From the NCBI GenBank assembly GCA_964016885.1, contig OZ024746.1:11160001-11224000 (forward strand): a DNA stretch of 64,000 bases, in the 5' to 3' direction. Within the stretch, counting starts at the first letter, position 1, and every line of letters starts with the position of its first letter. This document shows positions 42,075 to 58,204 of the stretch, one piece after another. The position numbers were made by a program, and so were the translations under genes. Under the pieces are notes generated by a model, which worked only from the letters and a program-made list of their open reading frames with translations, did not search any database and had not been told where the DNA came from. The DNA is from Eledone cirrhosa (Eukaryota).

Positions 42075-44308
42075 CCAACACCACACCACCACCACACCAC
42101 CACACCACCACCATACCACCACACCACCATGACGCCACCATACCACCACCACACCACCACACCACCACACCACCACAACACCACCACACCACCACACCAC
42201 CACACCACCACACCACCACCACACCACCACCATACCACCACACCACCATACCACCACACCACCATCACGCCACCATACCACCACCACACCACCACACCAC
42301 CATACCACCACCACACCACCACACCACCACACCACCACCACACCACCACACCACCACCACACCACCACACCACCACACCACCACACCACCACCACACCAC
42401 CATCACGCCACCATACCACCACCACACCACCACACCACCACCACACCACCACACCACCACCACACCACCACACCACCACCACACCACCACACCACCACAC
42501 CACCACACCACCACCACACCACCACCACACCACCACACCACCACACCACCACACCACCACCACACCACCACACCACCACCACACCACCACAACACCACCA
42601 CACCACCACACCACCACACCACCACACCACCACCACACCACCACCATACCACCACACCACCATACCACCACACCACCATCACGCCACCATACCACCACCA
42701 CACCACCACACCACCACACCACCACCACACCACCACACCACCACACCACCACCACACCACCATCACGCCACCATACCACCACCACACCACCACACCACCA
42801 CCACACCACCACACCACCACCACACCACCACACCACCACACCACCACCACACCACCACACCACCACCACACCACCACCATCACGCCACCATACCACCACC
42901 ACACCACCACACCACCACCACACCACCACCATCACGCCACCATACCACCACCACACCACCACACCACCACACCACCACACCACCACCACACCACCACACC
43001 ACCACCACCACACCACCACACCACCACCACACCACCACACCACCACCACACCACCACACAACCACCACACCACCACACCACCATACCACCACCACACCAC
43101 CACACCACCACACCACCTCCACACCACCACACCACCACACCACCACACCACCACCACACCACCACACCACCATACCACCACTACACCACCACACCACCAC
43201 CACACCACCACACCACCACCACACCACCACACCACCATACCACCACTACACCACCACACCACCACCACACCACCACACCACCATACCACCATCACACCAC
43301 CATACCACACCACCATACCACCACACCACAACACCACACCACCACACCACACCACCATACCACCACACCACCACACCACACCACACCACCACACCACACC
43401 ACCACCACACCACACCACCACACCACACCACCACACCACCACACCACACCACACCACCATACCACACCACACCACCACACCACACCACCATACCACACCA
43501 CACCACCATACCACCACACCACAACACCACACCACCACACCACACCACCATACCACCACACCACCACACCACACCACACCACACCACCACACCACACCAC
43601 ACCACCACACCACACCACCACACCACACCACACCACCATACCACACCACACCACCATACCACCACACCACCACACCACACCACACCATACCACCACACCA
43701 CCACCACACCACACCACACCACCACACCACCACACCACACCACACCACCATACCACACCACACCACCATACCACACCACATCACACCACCACACCACACC
43801 ACCATACCACCATACCACACCACACCACCACCACACCACCACACCACCACCACACCACCACACCACCATACCACCACACCACCACACCACACCACACCAC
43901 CACACCACAACACCACCACACCACACCACCATACCACCACACCACACCACACCACCACACCACACCACCACACCACACCACACCACACCACCATACCACA
44001 CCACACCACCATACCACACCACACCACCACACCACACCACACCACCACACCACACCACCATACCACACCACACCACCACCACACCACCACACCACCACCA
44101 CACCACCACACCACCACCACACCACCACACCACCATACCACCACACCACCACACCACACCACACCACCACACCACACCACCACCACACCACACCACACCA
44201 CACCACCACACCACACCACCACACCACACCACACCACCACACCACACCACCACACCACTACACCACACCACACCACCACACCACACCACACCACCACACC
44301 ACCACCAA
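42075..44308. repeat. 2.2-kb CAC/CCA (ACCACACC) low-complexity array
   Basis: Direct reading; source of the 791-aa and 811-aa pseudo-ORFs. Confidence 0.95.
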
Positions 44309-44670
44309 AGTTAGGAAAGCAAACCACAACAAATATCAAATCTATTCCATTTACATAGAAACTGGTGAGGAAATCGATTTGAAAGACGTCTTCCGACATT
44401 TTATACATCATTCTTCCACCACATACTGTGTCTGTCTGGCTGCCTGGCTGTCTGTCTGTCTATATGTTTGTCTGACAGTCTGTTTGTCTGACAGTCTGTC
44501 TGTCTGTCTATATGTCCGACAGTCTGTCTGTCTATATGTCTGCCTGACAGTCTCTAATCTATAACTTCGTGACAGTCGGCTTCCATGCCTGTGTATACAT
44601 ATATCTTCAATTTGTTATATCATATAATGCAAAAAATGCTTAACTAGATTGATGTAGGTACATATATTTA

Positions 44671-44702
<32 letters not shown>

Positions 44703-44713
44703 CATATATATAC

Positions 44714-44796
<83 letters not shown>

Positions 44797-44807
44797 CATA
44801 TATATAC

Positions 44808-45570
<763 letters not shown>

Positions 45571-45573
45571 ACA

Positions 45574-45699
<126 letters not shown>

Positions 45700-45967
45700 A
45701 TAGTGCTTTCATACAGGTGTTAAATTGCAGTTAAGTAAAAAAAGGAAGTAGCGGATACTGTTGGGTAAAGTGGAGTAAAAGGTGGTGAGTTGGCCGAGTA
45801 GTTAGAAGGTCAGGTAGAGTTCTTTGTTGTATTTGTTCCGGATTTCTGCGCTCTGTGTTCGAAACCCGTCGAGGTCAACTTTGTCTGTCATCCTCTCGAG
45901 GTCAATAAAAAACGTACCAGTCCAGAACTGGAGGTGAGCACCACCTCTCTCTCTCTCTCTCTCTCTC

Positions 45968-45998
<31 letters not shown>

Positions 45999-46022
45999 AA
46001 GAAGAAGAAGAAGAAGAAGAAG

Positions 46023-46053
<31 letters not shown>

Positions 46054-46472
46054 CGGTTGTATTCAGACCTGTAGAAGAGATAGGTCTGACAGGCTTTAAC
46101 AGTTCCCAAGAGACGCTGTGTGTCCCTACGGCACCCCTACGTTCCCTCAGGAGTTATGGCCCCAGAAATACAAAGTGAAATAATATTGTATATTTAAAGT
46201 TGAAACTATGTGAGTCGCCACTCGAAGTTTCTCGTTTGCTGTTCTCAGGTGTCTAAAGTTGTGGAATATGGTGCTTGTTAATATACACATTCATGGCTTG
46301 TTAGATAGGGAACAGGGGACACCAAAAATAGCTTTCATGGGACCTGTTGGTTATATAGGCGAGCATACGAAAAGAAAATTGAAACCCTGCGTATTTTCTT
46401 TTTCTTCATTCTCATACAATCACACACATACACATACATATGGGTATGTGTGTATATATATAAATGTGTGTG

Positions 46473-46601
<129 letters not shown>

Positions 46602-46687
46602 TTCCGACCTGCCTGTCTCCTCAATCTTTCTATTTGTTCTTTAATTTCTCGTTCTATTTTCTTCATTCTACTGTGTGGTTTGCCTTT

Positions 46688-46727
<40 letters not shown>

Positions 46728-46730
<3 letters not shown>

Positions 46731-47009
46731 AAAAGGTGAGTTTTATTGTAGTACAATAAAGCAATGCAGATATCGGATAAGTAGCACTCTACAGTTTGTA
46801 GGACTGGAGTATAAATAATATAAGATCAAAAGATGGTTAAAAGATGGTTATATGTTGATTTAAAACTGCACTATTCACAAGTGTTTTTTAACCTTCATAT
46901 CATGTCTCCCTATTTTATCTGACGAAAACGCAAATGTCATCGCATGATGATATTTGTTTTTGAAATGCGCATAATAAAATACATGGAACTCTTTTAACCA
47001 TCTTTTGAT

Positions 47010-47015
<6 letters not shown>
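46728..47015 (+). mobile_element. Family H2 copy with one palindrome arm mostly deleted; complete hammerhead at 46911-46981
   Basis: tattttat-CTGACGA-aaacgcaaatgtcatcg-ca-tgatgatatttgttttt-GAAA-tgcgca-TA-ataaaata. Confidence 0.85.
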
Positions 47016-47085
<70 letters not shown>

Positions 47086-47089
<4 letters not shown>

Positions 47090-47428
47090 CTATAAATTAT
47101 GTCCATAGAATCATTTGATCAGATATATACACCATTTCCTCTCCCAATTAGCATAATCAACCACACAAAAAACCAATTAAACCAGGCTATAAGATTAAAA
47201 GGTACCTATGAAGAAATAATAGATAAATAAACGACGGCCATCTATTCGCGATCAACAGCTATAGAATATTTACCCACCATTTCAATAGCACGTGGAAATC
47301 GATTAAATATATCGTCAACCCTACACAATTAGGTATAAAATTAAAGTTAGAAGAAAAAATGCATATACACATACCTTATACACATATATCTTATCAAATG
47401 ATTCTATGGACATAATTTATAGTATATT
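47086..47428. repeat. ~35-bp inverted repeats around a ~275-bp spacer, next to (TA)n
   Basis: atatactataaattatgtccatagaatcatttgat / atcaaatgattctatggacataatttatagtatat. Confidence 0.7.
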
Positions 47429-47547
47429 GCTCTGATTATTTAATTTATTAATTCATCATTGAGCCACATCGTGAATGGTTGTCAAACACATATATATCTA
47501 TGACTTTGTCTAGTTTGTGTATATGTAAATCTTTATATATATATATA

Positions 47548-47786
47548 GTCTGTGTGTAGATAGTGCAGTGAAATACTGGTGTTGGTACCAAATCAAGCAT
47601 TCTATGCACAGGCAGAGTGTATATAATGGAAAAGACGAGAAAGTTTCGTTTACATGTGAAAAATATCTATTGCGTTTCACAGAGGATTGGCCCAAAGTGA
47701 CCTCTGCGAAACGCGCGTAACAGGTCGATACTCAATAGATATTTTTCATATGTAAACGAAACTTCCTCGTCTTTTCCATTATATAT
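47548..47786. mobile_element. Arm-plus-palindrome element (family H3) centred on a hammerhead stem II
   Basis: ~52-bp arms at 47620-47672 and 47732-47785; centre cagagg..cctctg-c-GAAA-cgcgcg-TA-acagg. Confidence 0.7.
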
Positions 47787-48999
47787 ATAGAGAGAGAGAA
47801 AGAGAGAAAATGGGCGATAAATCAGGATGTTATGATAGTGCAAAACCAGGTTATTTATTGTTCATGTCATCTGGAATCTAATCCATGGGTGTATTTATAA
47901 ATAAGTACACAGCGTTAATTGCCTGAAAACCCAGAAAAGGTAACTGAGTAGCGACTCGGGTAAACTTGGCTACACATATGTAACTAGTATTTTTGATTAA
48001 AATCAATGAGTGATTTTTAGAATAAAACTAATGAGTGTGTTACTGATTCTTTATTTTATCGACCCTGTAAGGATAAAAGGCAAAGTTAACCTCGGCGGGA
48101 TTTGAACTCAGAACGTACAGGGCAGTAAGTAAATCTATACTGTAAAGCATGTTGTCCGACGCTCTACCGATTCTGCCAATCCATCAGCCTCTAGTAAGGA
48201 TAAATAACAGTACAGGTATTTTTATTGCACAATAATCAGGCATTTAAGTCCTAATCTTGCAACGTTATGCAACACACACCAGGGACAATTGTACCGAAAA
48301 TAAAACAAAAACAGGTGAGGGAGCAATTATAGTTTGTTTTTTGTTGGGGGGGGGGGGGGTTATCATGTGATGAAACGATAAAAGGATTCCGCTTTCAGGT
48401 TGCCGAGATTACATCAGTATCGATCTACCCGCCAATCTAATCTAATCTAAATCAAGTGTAGGGGGCGTAAAAGAAAGAGCAGTATAGAAAACAGAAGGGA
48501 GCGGGTGAGGTTGTCACTAGAGAGAGGGGGAAGAGGAGGGGAAGAGAGAGAGGAGGAGAGAGAGAGGAGGGGAAGAGAGGGAGGAGGAGGAGAGATGTGG
48601 TAGTCGTTGATCCTATAGCGACTATCAAAGAACTACATTAAGTTAAGAACGATTTTTACAAATTGTTCAGTGGATCAACTTGGCAATGGCAGATAATAAT
48701 ACTTTTAGAGGGATATCAAACAATGTTTTGATTTCTGTTAAGAATGTTGATGATTGAAGGCCTGCCAACAATATCTAATGAACACAACTGGGGTCAGTGT
48801 GACCCAGTGAATAAAATAAGATACGTTATTATATTATTTAGTATAGAATGTAAAAACAAGCCAAATATAATATAAATTGTGTGTAGCACAGGAGGAAGAG
48901 AGTGACTGAGCATTGGAACATATTTCCATTTTTACAGATGTACAATACTTGGCTGAGTGAGATGTCTCACAACTCTTAATTGAAAACTGCCCCCCCCCC

Positions 49000-49032
<33 letters not shown>

Positions 49033-49039
49033 CATTATT

Positions 49040-49760
49040 TAAAGTACCAGTAATGCACTGGGTAATTGCTGGCCTTGTGCCTAAAGTAGAAACAATTATT
49101 TAGTATAGAAATAAGGGCGGTGGATTGGCAGTATCGGTAGAGGGTCGGACGCCATGCTTTCCAGCATAGTTACGTCCCTTTACGATCTGAGTTCAAATCC
49201 CGCCGAGGTTGACTTTGCCTTTCATCCTTACGGGGTCGATAAAATAAAGTACCAGTAATGCACTGGGTAATTGCTGGCCTTGTGCCTAAAGTAGAAACAA
49301 TTATTTAGTATAGAAATGACTTCTACTAGTCCCGTAACAGCCATTTCTCTATATTAAATAATTGTTTCTACTTTAGGCACAAGGCCAGAAATTACCCAGT
49401 ACATTACTCGTACTTTATTTTATCGACCCCGTAAGGATGAAAGGCAAAGTTAACCTCGGCGGGATTTGAACTCAGAATGGCAAGGGCCGTAACTCTATGC
49501 GTCAAAGCATGGCGTCCGACCCTCTACCGATACTGCCAATCCACCGCCCTATATTAAATAATTGTTTCTACTTTAGGCACAAGGCCAGCAATTACCCAGT
49601 GCATTACTGGTACTTTATTTTATCGACCCCGTAAGGATGAAAGGCAAAGTCAACCTCGGCGGGATTTGAACTCAGATCGTAAAGGGACGTAACTATGCTT
49701 GAAAGCATGGCGTCCGACCCTCTACCGATACTGCCAATCCACCGCCCTATATTAAATAAT
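49040..49760. mobile_element. Tail-to-tail inverted cluster of family A SINEs
   Basis: Plus 49040-49100 (partial) and 49116-49305; minus 49357-49549 and 49558-49748. Confidence 0.9.
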
Positions 49761-50396
49761 GATGTTTACACTCTACTATTGAGTACATTTAAACTATGGT
49801 TGCCCCCGATTTCACTCGGGCTCTACATGCTTGCATCACATTTTAAAATATTTTACCTCAAGTTTTTCATGTTTACGAACTTTATCTTTTGTTCCCCTAT
49901 CCAAACTTTGTAAAGGCTGCCAAACGTTTACATTTATGTAAGATAGTATAGGCCTGGAGATGGATGGGCTCCGCCAGGCTTAAAATGCCCAAGAAAAGCC
50001 CTTACAACTCTATCAGGAGTTACGGGACCATACATACAACATAGTATGGTTTAATGACGTATGGTTTAATGACGTATGGTTTAATGACGTATGCCATAAA
50101 ATAACACAAACTGATGATAGATTGTAAAAAATGTCATGTTGTCATACTTTTGTTAGAGAAGAGTTTAGTTCTAATTTATATAACACAGCTTATGTTATAA
50201 TCCACTTTATATCTGTAAGTATTATTAGAGGATATCTGATTAGCAGGGAAAAGATTGTTATGGTGATTCTCCTTACTACAACCACAGTTATGTCTCTCTA
50301 TGTAATAGCAACTCTAAATCCCTTCCAAACGGTATAGCATGGCCGTACTATTGAAACTAGTAAAGATGTGCGTTTGTGTGTATGTGTGTGTGCGTA

Positions 50397-50451
<55 letters not shown>

Positions 50452-51787
50452 TGTGTATGTATGTTTATGTATGTATGTATTATGAATGCATGTATGTATT
50501 ATGTATGTACGTATGTATGTATGTATGTATAGTTTTATATATATACAGACATATGTCATTGATGCGAAAGAAAGAAATGAATCTCTTAATTCCTGATTTC
50601 GAAGACAAATCTCCAACATCGAAGAACGTCACTAGATTCCCATTACAAATAGAATATTACGTTAAGCCATTTCACTCTTTGTCCTTAAGCTTCGTCTTTG
50701 AGATTAGTTCCAATATCCGGAAGCGAAGTTTAATTCAACGTGATTCTTCGTCGGAATGTTATTTGATGCTTAACATCAAATACTCATAATACTAACTGAA
50801 ATTATATGAGAAAATAATCGATAATGTTCTAAAATAATTTCACTTCTACTTCTAATATTGGTTGATTATCACTCAGTGTGTTTCTTAATCAAGTTGAATG
50901 TCTTAGAAAGGTATAAACTTTCTTTAAGTGTAGATTGATGCAACACCAGTCTCTACATCATGTTATAATGTGCGTTATTCTTTCTAACATTAACACAGGC
51001 CAGCAATTTAAAGGGGTAGGGGAAGTCGATTAAATCAACGCTAGTACTTAACTGGTACTTTATTTTATCGACCTCGGAAATATGAAAGGCAAATTCGACC
51101 TCGACTGTAGTGACATGCAGCTTGTCTTGGCCATTTTAAACCTGGCAGAGCCCATCCATTCTCCACATCTGAACACAGTGGGGGGGGGGGGTATAGAAGA
51201 AGAATCGACCTCAGAACTGGACTGGACTGGAATGGACTGGATTGGACTGGACTGGTGCTTTTTTTATCAACCTTGAAATGATAAAAGGCAAAGTTGATCT
51301 CGACGAGTTTTAAACTCAGAGTGCAGTAAACGGAAATGAATGTATTGGGTAACTAGTATCTATTTCTATGTATAATATAGTACATTTGTATTATATAGAA
51401 TATATATATAAAGGAAGACTTATTTTATTCTGCAACAGCTGATAGTAAACGTGCTGTGTTGTGTTTATGTAATCTTTCAAGAAGAATATCTACTGTGTTA
51501 ATATACAATTTATCATGCTAGAGTAAACTGAAGATCAGAAATACCCACTGAGTGTTTTCTAGTGGTTGTTGTAGTTCCTTTGATCAGAACAAGTTGATAC
51601 ACAAACTTATTCCAGTCTTTCACACTAAATCTAACACCTCTAAACTATGCTTGCGCTCTATATCAAATAAGTATGACAATAATCTTTCTTATATGGAGCG
51701 CGTGTTCTGGTGTAATATGTTTTATTCATGGAGATTTACATTACTTAAAAATACAATGTGAGAGGGGCACACGAATATTTCTGCACA

Positions 51788-51878
<91 letters not shown>

Positions 51879-52187
51879 TAGGGGTTGAGTAGACCTACGA
51901 ACAAAGATATTCTCAATCTGACCATCCTGTCGTTTTCTGTTTTGTTTTTTTTTCATGCAATTGTGTATCTAGAACTACATCATCAAATGTGCGCTGTTCT
52001 TCTTTTATTACAGTAAAATGTGATATGAGAATATTTCACGTGCTATTTCTAGCAGATTGTGCAACAGTGTAGAGGGTCGCTTGTCTCATGCGCGCGCGTA
52101 TGTGTGTATATGTGTGCCTGTGTGTGTACATGTGTGCTCATGTGTGTGTATGCGCGTGTGCGTGTGCGTGTGCGTGTGCGTGTGCGT

Positions 52188-52219
<32 letters not shown>

Positions 52220-52594
52220 TTCTGTGTGTGTGTGTTTCTGTGTGTGTGTGTTTCTGTGATGTTTTATGCACAAATGTCAACTGCGATCGAATGTCAAAAA
52301 GCATCCTTCGAAAAAGTGGCTTATCTCTATGAGAAACGCAAAAATCTAAAGAACTCTACGTGTGTTCCTTTAAGATAATCTGCATTTCTTTTAAAGTTCG
52401 GTCGCAACAAACTATTAAATTACAGTTTTATGCTATATTTGGATATTTGTTTTTAATTTCTTCAGAATTTCGTAGATTCAGTTGATCAAAACAGAACTTA
52501 GTAAGAAGCAGAACATTGAATAATTCTTTGATATATTATTTGATATTTTTCCAGTTTGTAACAGAAGAGCCGACCATAAAAGTTTCTTCTCCTA

Positions 52595-52835
52595 GGGGTA
52601 GAGTTAAGGTTACGATTAGGGTAAGAATTAGGGTTTGGGGTTAGGATTAGGGTTAGGGTTAGGGTTGGGCCTGGGCCTGGTGATTAGTTTAGGATTAGGG
52701 GCGAGGTTATGGCTGAAGTTTAGGTTGGTGTTATGGTTAGGTTTTGGGTTAGTTGTAGGGCTGGGCTTAGGATTGGAGTTGGAGTTGGGGTTCTGGTTGT
52801 GGTTAGGGTTAGAATTAAGTTTAGGGATAGGGTTA
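52595..52835 (+). repeat. Degenerate (TTAGGG)-like tract
   Basis: gggttagggttagggtt plus many variant hexamers. Confidence 0.7.
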
Positions 52836-53557
52836 GAATATGTGACATTTTTTGTGATGCATGGCAGTGCTGGCCATAGGCCTAAAAAGCAGAACTAGCG
52901 GGACTAAAAAGCCACGTGATACTTATGTTTAAGTATCAAGCGAAGGCATAACTTGTAATCGAGTTGCAGCCATCATCATGTATGTAAGCATTTAGTCTGT
53001 ATGTATGTGTATATATACATATATGTATGTTGTATATACATATATATATATTGTATATACATATATATATATTGTATATACATATATATATATACATATA
53101 TATATATTGTATATACATATATATATATTGTATATACATATATATATATTGTATATACATATATATATACATATATAACATATATATATATATACATATA
53201 TAACATATATATATATATATATATATATTTAACATATATATATATATAGATACATATATATATATATACACGTATATAACATATATATATGCATATATAA
53301 CATATATATACATATATATATATATAGATACATATATATATATACACGTATATAACATATATATATATATATGCATATATAACATATATATACATATATA
53401 TATATTTAACATATATATATAGATACATATATATATATACACGTATATAACATATATATATATATGCATATATAACATATATATACATATATAACATATA
53501 TATGTTTATAACATATATATACATATATAACATATATATATATATATATATATATAT

Positions 53558-53600
<43 letters not shown>

Positions 53601-53631
53601 GAAAATAGAGAAATTAATATATAACATATAT

Positions 53632-54779
53632 ACACAGAGATATCCACAGTAAGTTGTGGGGTCTATTCTGTATGAAGAACTCAATGTAATCCATATGTTG
53701 AAAATGTTGTAGGTTAAAATAAATCACGGAAAACAATAAAACATTAAAAGGAAAACAGAGTCATGATATAAGTTAAAACAATGAAATAAAAATTCAAGTC
53801 ATTAGAAATATACTTCACTGTTTTACGATCGTTTCTAGGTGATGATAATACATCGTAACCATACTTCGTTATTGATCTATGCAGGGTTAGTTACAAAATA
53901 TCAGATAAGGAAAATATTTACTTACGTGCATATCACCAGCTGTTGTCAAAAGCAATGAGAAATTTTATTCATAATTAGTAGTAAATTGAGTTCTATGACC
54001 TTATTTGGAGGTAGCTGAAGAACAAACCAATCAGATTGTTTTTTTTCCCATATGATGTTAAGATGAAAAATAAGTCACTTTAGTTTGAAAGGCATGGTTG
54101 AATGATGTTAACAATAGAATTGCTATAAAGAATCTATGAGGAAAAAGGGGATTGACATATTGATAGTTGAATGTATATGGTATAGTGAAGTTTAAAAAGA
54201 ATGTAAAAATTAAATGTTGAGTTGTGTTGTATGGAGTTTTTAGGTGAATAAAAATTATGGTCATGACCAGGAAAGATAGTATATTAAAAGATGAAAATTA
54301 TAATAAGATAATTGTTTCTACTTTTGGCACAAGGCCAGCAATCACTCAGTGTATTACTGGTACTTTATTTTATCGACCCCGTAAGGATGAAAGGCAAAGA
54401 TAACCTCGGCGGGATTTGAACTCAGAGCGTAAAGGGACGTAACTACGCTGGAAAGCATGTCTGACCCTCTACCAATACTGCCAATTCACTATAGTAATAC
54501 AATAATATAATATAATGTAACACAATATAGTACGGTGTGGTACATTGTACATAGTATGATACGACTTAAAATACTTTCAAGTATGTCCATGTATAAATAA
54601 TCAAACTCAGATAAATGCATGTTGACATAATCAAAACACATAAATTTCATAGATCACAAAGTGCATATACCCACATTATAGATAGAGGTATAGTTATATT
54701 GACACTCAATTAAAAACATACATACGCATAAATAGATGTAAACATACACATACATCTACACATGTGCACACAACTATAT

Positions 54780-54858
<79 letters not shown>

Positions 54859-56090
54859 TATATACATATACACACCTATACAGACATATATATATGTATA
54901 CACATACATGTACACACACTCATAAACACTCATACGCATATACACATATATACACATATATATATATATTTTCATATCATACATACATAGATACATATTT
55001 ACTCATGCAATTACGGGTGGTTGTGTACCTTGATGCCCTTGGTCATTAACACATAAATCTAAGGAAGCTAAACAATTAAAAGGTAAGAAATAAACATGAA
55101 TGCGTATAATTAGGGGAAAGGGTTACTAACAAATGTTATGCTACATAGGATTATAGTGAGTTGCTATTTAGAATATTTAATTAGGTTTATAGTATTTAAA
55201 TGTTTTTCGTATACGGTGATTACAAACTATAATCAGTTCCTGTCTTTTATTCAATAAATCGTCCTTAGATTTAGTAATTTCCAAGATCTTCCCTGAACAT
55301 AACCTGCATTCTCTCCTGTTCCCAAGATATGGAGTTCTTTGTAGAATGGTGTTCCACGATAGCTTGAAATCTATTTTTTTCTTTTTATAGTTATTTACTG
55401 CTTCAGCTAAAGATGTGGTGTTAGCTAGTTTAGCTAACACTAAAACTACTAGAGTGTGCGTAATATCTTTTCTTAGATGTGTTCGATGAGGATCCTATAT
55501 ATGTTTTGTTGGAGTCAGTAGTAGACACTGTGCATTTATATATTACATTATTAATCAAACAGTGGCCATTTAAGGGGGAAATGCTTCTATTTCTGCAATT
55601 ACAACCATACGTAAGATGGTTGTTGGGGGTACCTATACAGTTCTCATTAATCCTTGAACTATTCTTATTGTAATTAATGTTAGCGGGAGAATGAAGGCTG
55701 CTTTGTGGGTGGTTTAGTGCTAGGGTTGTATTGTGACTTTGTGTTATGTTGTTTTTGTGTTGGTGATTTGGGTGGTTATGTTTTCCAGGTTGAAGGGTTG
55801 TATTATTTGTCCTATTAAAAGGTGCAGTCCTATTTAAATTATGTTGTGGTGGTGTGGTCATATTATTTTTAAATTTATAAATGTTATAGTTGCTTTTTTT
55901 TTTGCTGGAGATTGTTTTATGTAGAGTATGAGAATTTAACAGTATACCTGTTAAATATTTGGTGGTATCTGTGGTTTGGTGGAAAATGTTTATGTAGAAT
56001 TTCAAAGAATTTGGGGGGGATTTGTCCAATAGTTTGCAGGTTGAAGGGTGCAGTTGTGTTTCTTTTGCGGTTTTTCTTCTGTGGTTTTTT
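53632..56090 (-). mobile_element. 5'-truncated Naiad-like Penelope-like element: RT thumb, CxCx5Cx5C linker and GIY-YIG endonuclease (55177-56090, frameshifted), 3' region with U3-A8 hammerhead at 53815-53958; family A SINE nested at 54309-54486
   Basis: KHFPPNHRYHQIFNRYTVKFSYS; CNCRNRSISPLNGHC..VIYKC..YIGSSSN..KKRYYAH; TTSLA..W..CRLC..LLNKRQEL..CNH. Linking the 3' region to the ORF is inferred from orientation. Confidence 0.8.
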
Positions 56091-56139
56091 CTCACATCTG
56101 AGATGTAAGAAAAACCACAGACCCTCCATCTCAACTCTA

Positions 56140-56175
56140 CTTTTGAAAAGCAGAAGAACTGCGAAACCGGTAAAG
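56140..56175 (+). ncRNA. Minimal hammerhead, U3-A8 variant, in an inverted cap on the Naiad-like fragment
   Basis: ctt-TTGAAAA-gcag-aagaa-ctgc-GAAA-ccgg-TA-aag; hairpin junction ctgtggttttttctcacatct-g-agatgtaagaaaaaccacag at 56079-56120. Confidence 0.75.
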
Positions 56176-56233
56176 GAACCAAATAAATATATATATTTTT
56201 TTTTAAATAAGATTTTCGATTTCATCTTTTTTT

Positions 56234-56296
<63 letters not shown>

Positions 56297-56630
56297 ATAT
56301 ATATATAACATATATATATATAACATATATACATATATAACATATATATATATATAACATATATATATATATATAACATATATATATATATAATATATAT
56401 ATATATATAACAAATATATATATATAACATATATATATAACATATATATATATATAACATATATATATAACATATATATATATAACATATATATATATAT
56501 AACATATATATATAACAGATATATATATATAACATATATATATAACATATATATATATAACATATATATATATATAACATATATATATATATAACATATA
56601 TATATATATATAACATATATATATATATAT

Positions 56631-56698
<68 letters not shown>

Positions 56699-56783
56699 GC
56701 GTGAAACTATTACATTTTGTACTGCCTCTTCGCTTCCACGTTGTTGTTTTTTTGTTTACTGTTTCCACTATAAAATATATATG

Positions 56784-56852
<69 letters not shown>

Positions 56853-56854
<2 letters not shown>

Positions 56855-56996
56855 CGAAGGAAATGTGGTAAGGAACCAGGTGGACCATAACGCACCAAAG
56901 TACTCAATACTTAGGGTAGTAGAGTGGGTAATAGGAACGAGTAGGACCCCGACGTTTCGAAACGGCTTGAGCTCAGCCGTCGGGGTCCTACTCGTT

Positions 56997-57001
<5 letters not shown>
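56853..57001 (-). mobile_element. Family H1 copy B (centre and part of one arm deleted)
   Basis: ataggaacgagtaggacccc...ggggtcctactcgttcctat. Confidence 0.8.
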
Positions 57002-57062
<61 letters not shown>

Positions 57063-57949
57063 ATTATTGTTGAAACCAGGGAATACGGCGTTTGCCTTTC
57101 CGCTGGATAATAAATACAGTATATATAAATATATACCAAGAACCATATATATCCCTCCAGTCTATGTTATGTTACTACGTTGACAGCCTTTCTTTGGGCC
57201 ATAAATTCATACATTACAACAGACGGTGTTCGCAGTAGTTGGGTGTGATGCGTCTTAGTTTCAGTTACGTGTGTTTTGACTTTTTATATTCTTTTAAAAA
57301 CCTTGAACATACCTGAAAAACATTTGTACGATTTATGCATTGAAGCGAAAAACAGTTACACAGGCAAACATAGTGTAGGTGGTACGAATTAAAATAATGG
57401 AATTTTTATTAATTCTATCATGAAATAGTCAAATTAAAACAACAAATATTTCATTTATGTATTCGGTAAAGTTTATATGTGTAGGTGTGTGTATGCTTAA
57501 GGTGTGTAGACATACGCAGTCAAATTCACACATAAATTCATACTCATACACTCATACAGGGATTTTTATATGTGTTTGGAAGGATGTGATAGAATTTATA
57601 AAATACAATGGCCGCAGCACGATGATGTCCGTCGGCCCCATACCAGTGTTTTATGCAAGCTGGCTGCTCTTTTTCTGGGCGGATTAGGTTAAGGTTTTGA
57701 AGGACGTGTTTGAATTGTAATTCATGTCTTCTGTAGTATATGTCAGGTGCGGGGTCTGATTGCAGGATTATGGTTTGTTTACTTGAGTTCGTTGATAGCA
57801 TGAGTTTCATGTAGATTTATTTACATTCTATTTAGATCAATCGACAGTTCTAGATATATATACACAACATATTACTGCGCACATACAGACATATATATAT
57901 ATATATGGAATACTGTTAGCTTCTCGCTACAACAATTTCTATACTTTTC

Positions 57950-58019
<70 letters not shown>

Positions 58020-58068
58020 GGATACTTAGTAAAATCGAATTTCTGACGGTGTGCAAGCTAATTCGGCC

Positions 58069-58120
<52 letters not shown>

Positions 58121-58204
58121 ATATATATACACCCTCTTTCTCTCTCGGCATTCACTCGTAATCGAGTATAATTTGATGTTAGAGTTTTCTTTCCACAGTT
58201 ACAT

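Noticed and set aside
42036-44564. 791-aa and 811-aa ORFs
   Set aside because: Translations of a CAC/CCA low-complexity array; open in several frames on both strands
47260-47320. Hammerhead candidate GAAATCGATT inside the inverted repeat
   Set aside because: No CUGANGA or UUGANAA core on the same strand
57544-57810. 88-aa non-repetitive ORF as a host exon
   Set aside because: No recognisable domain or splice-site support
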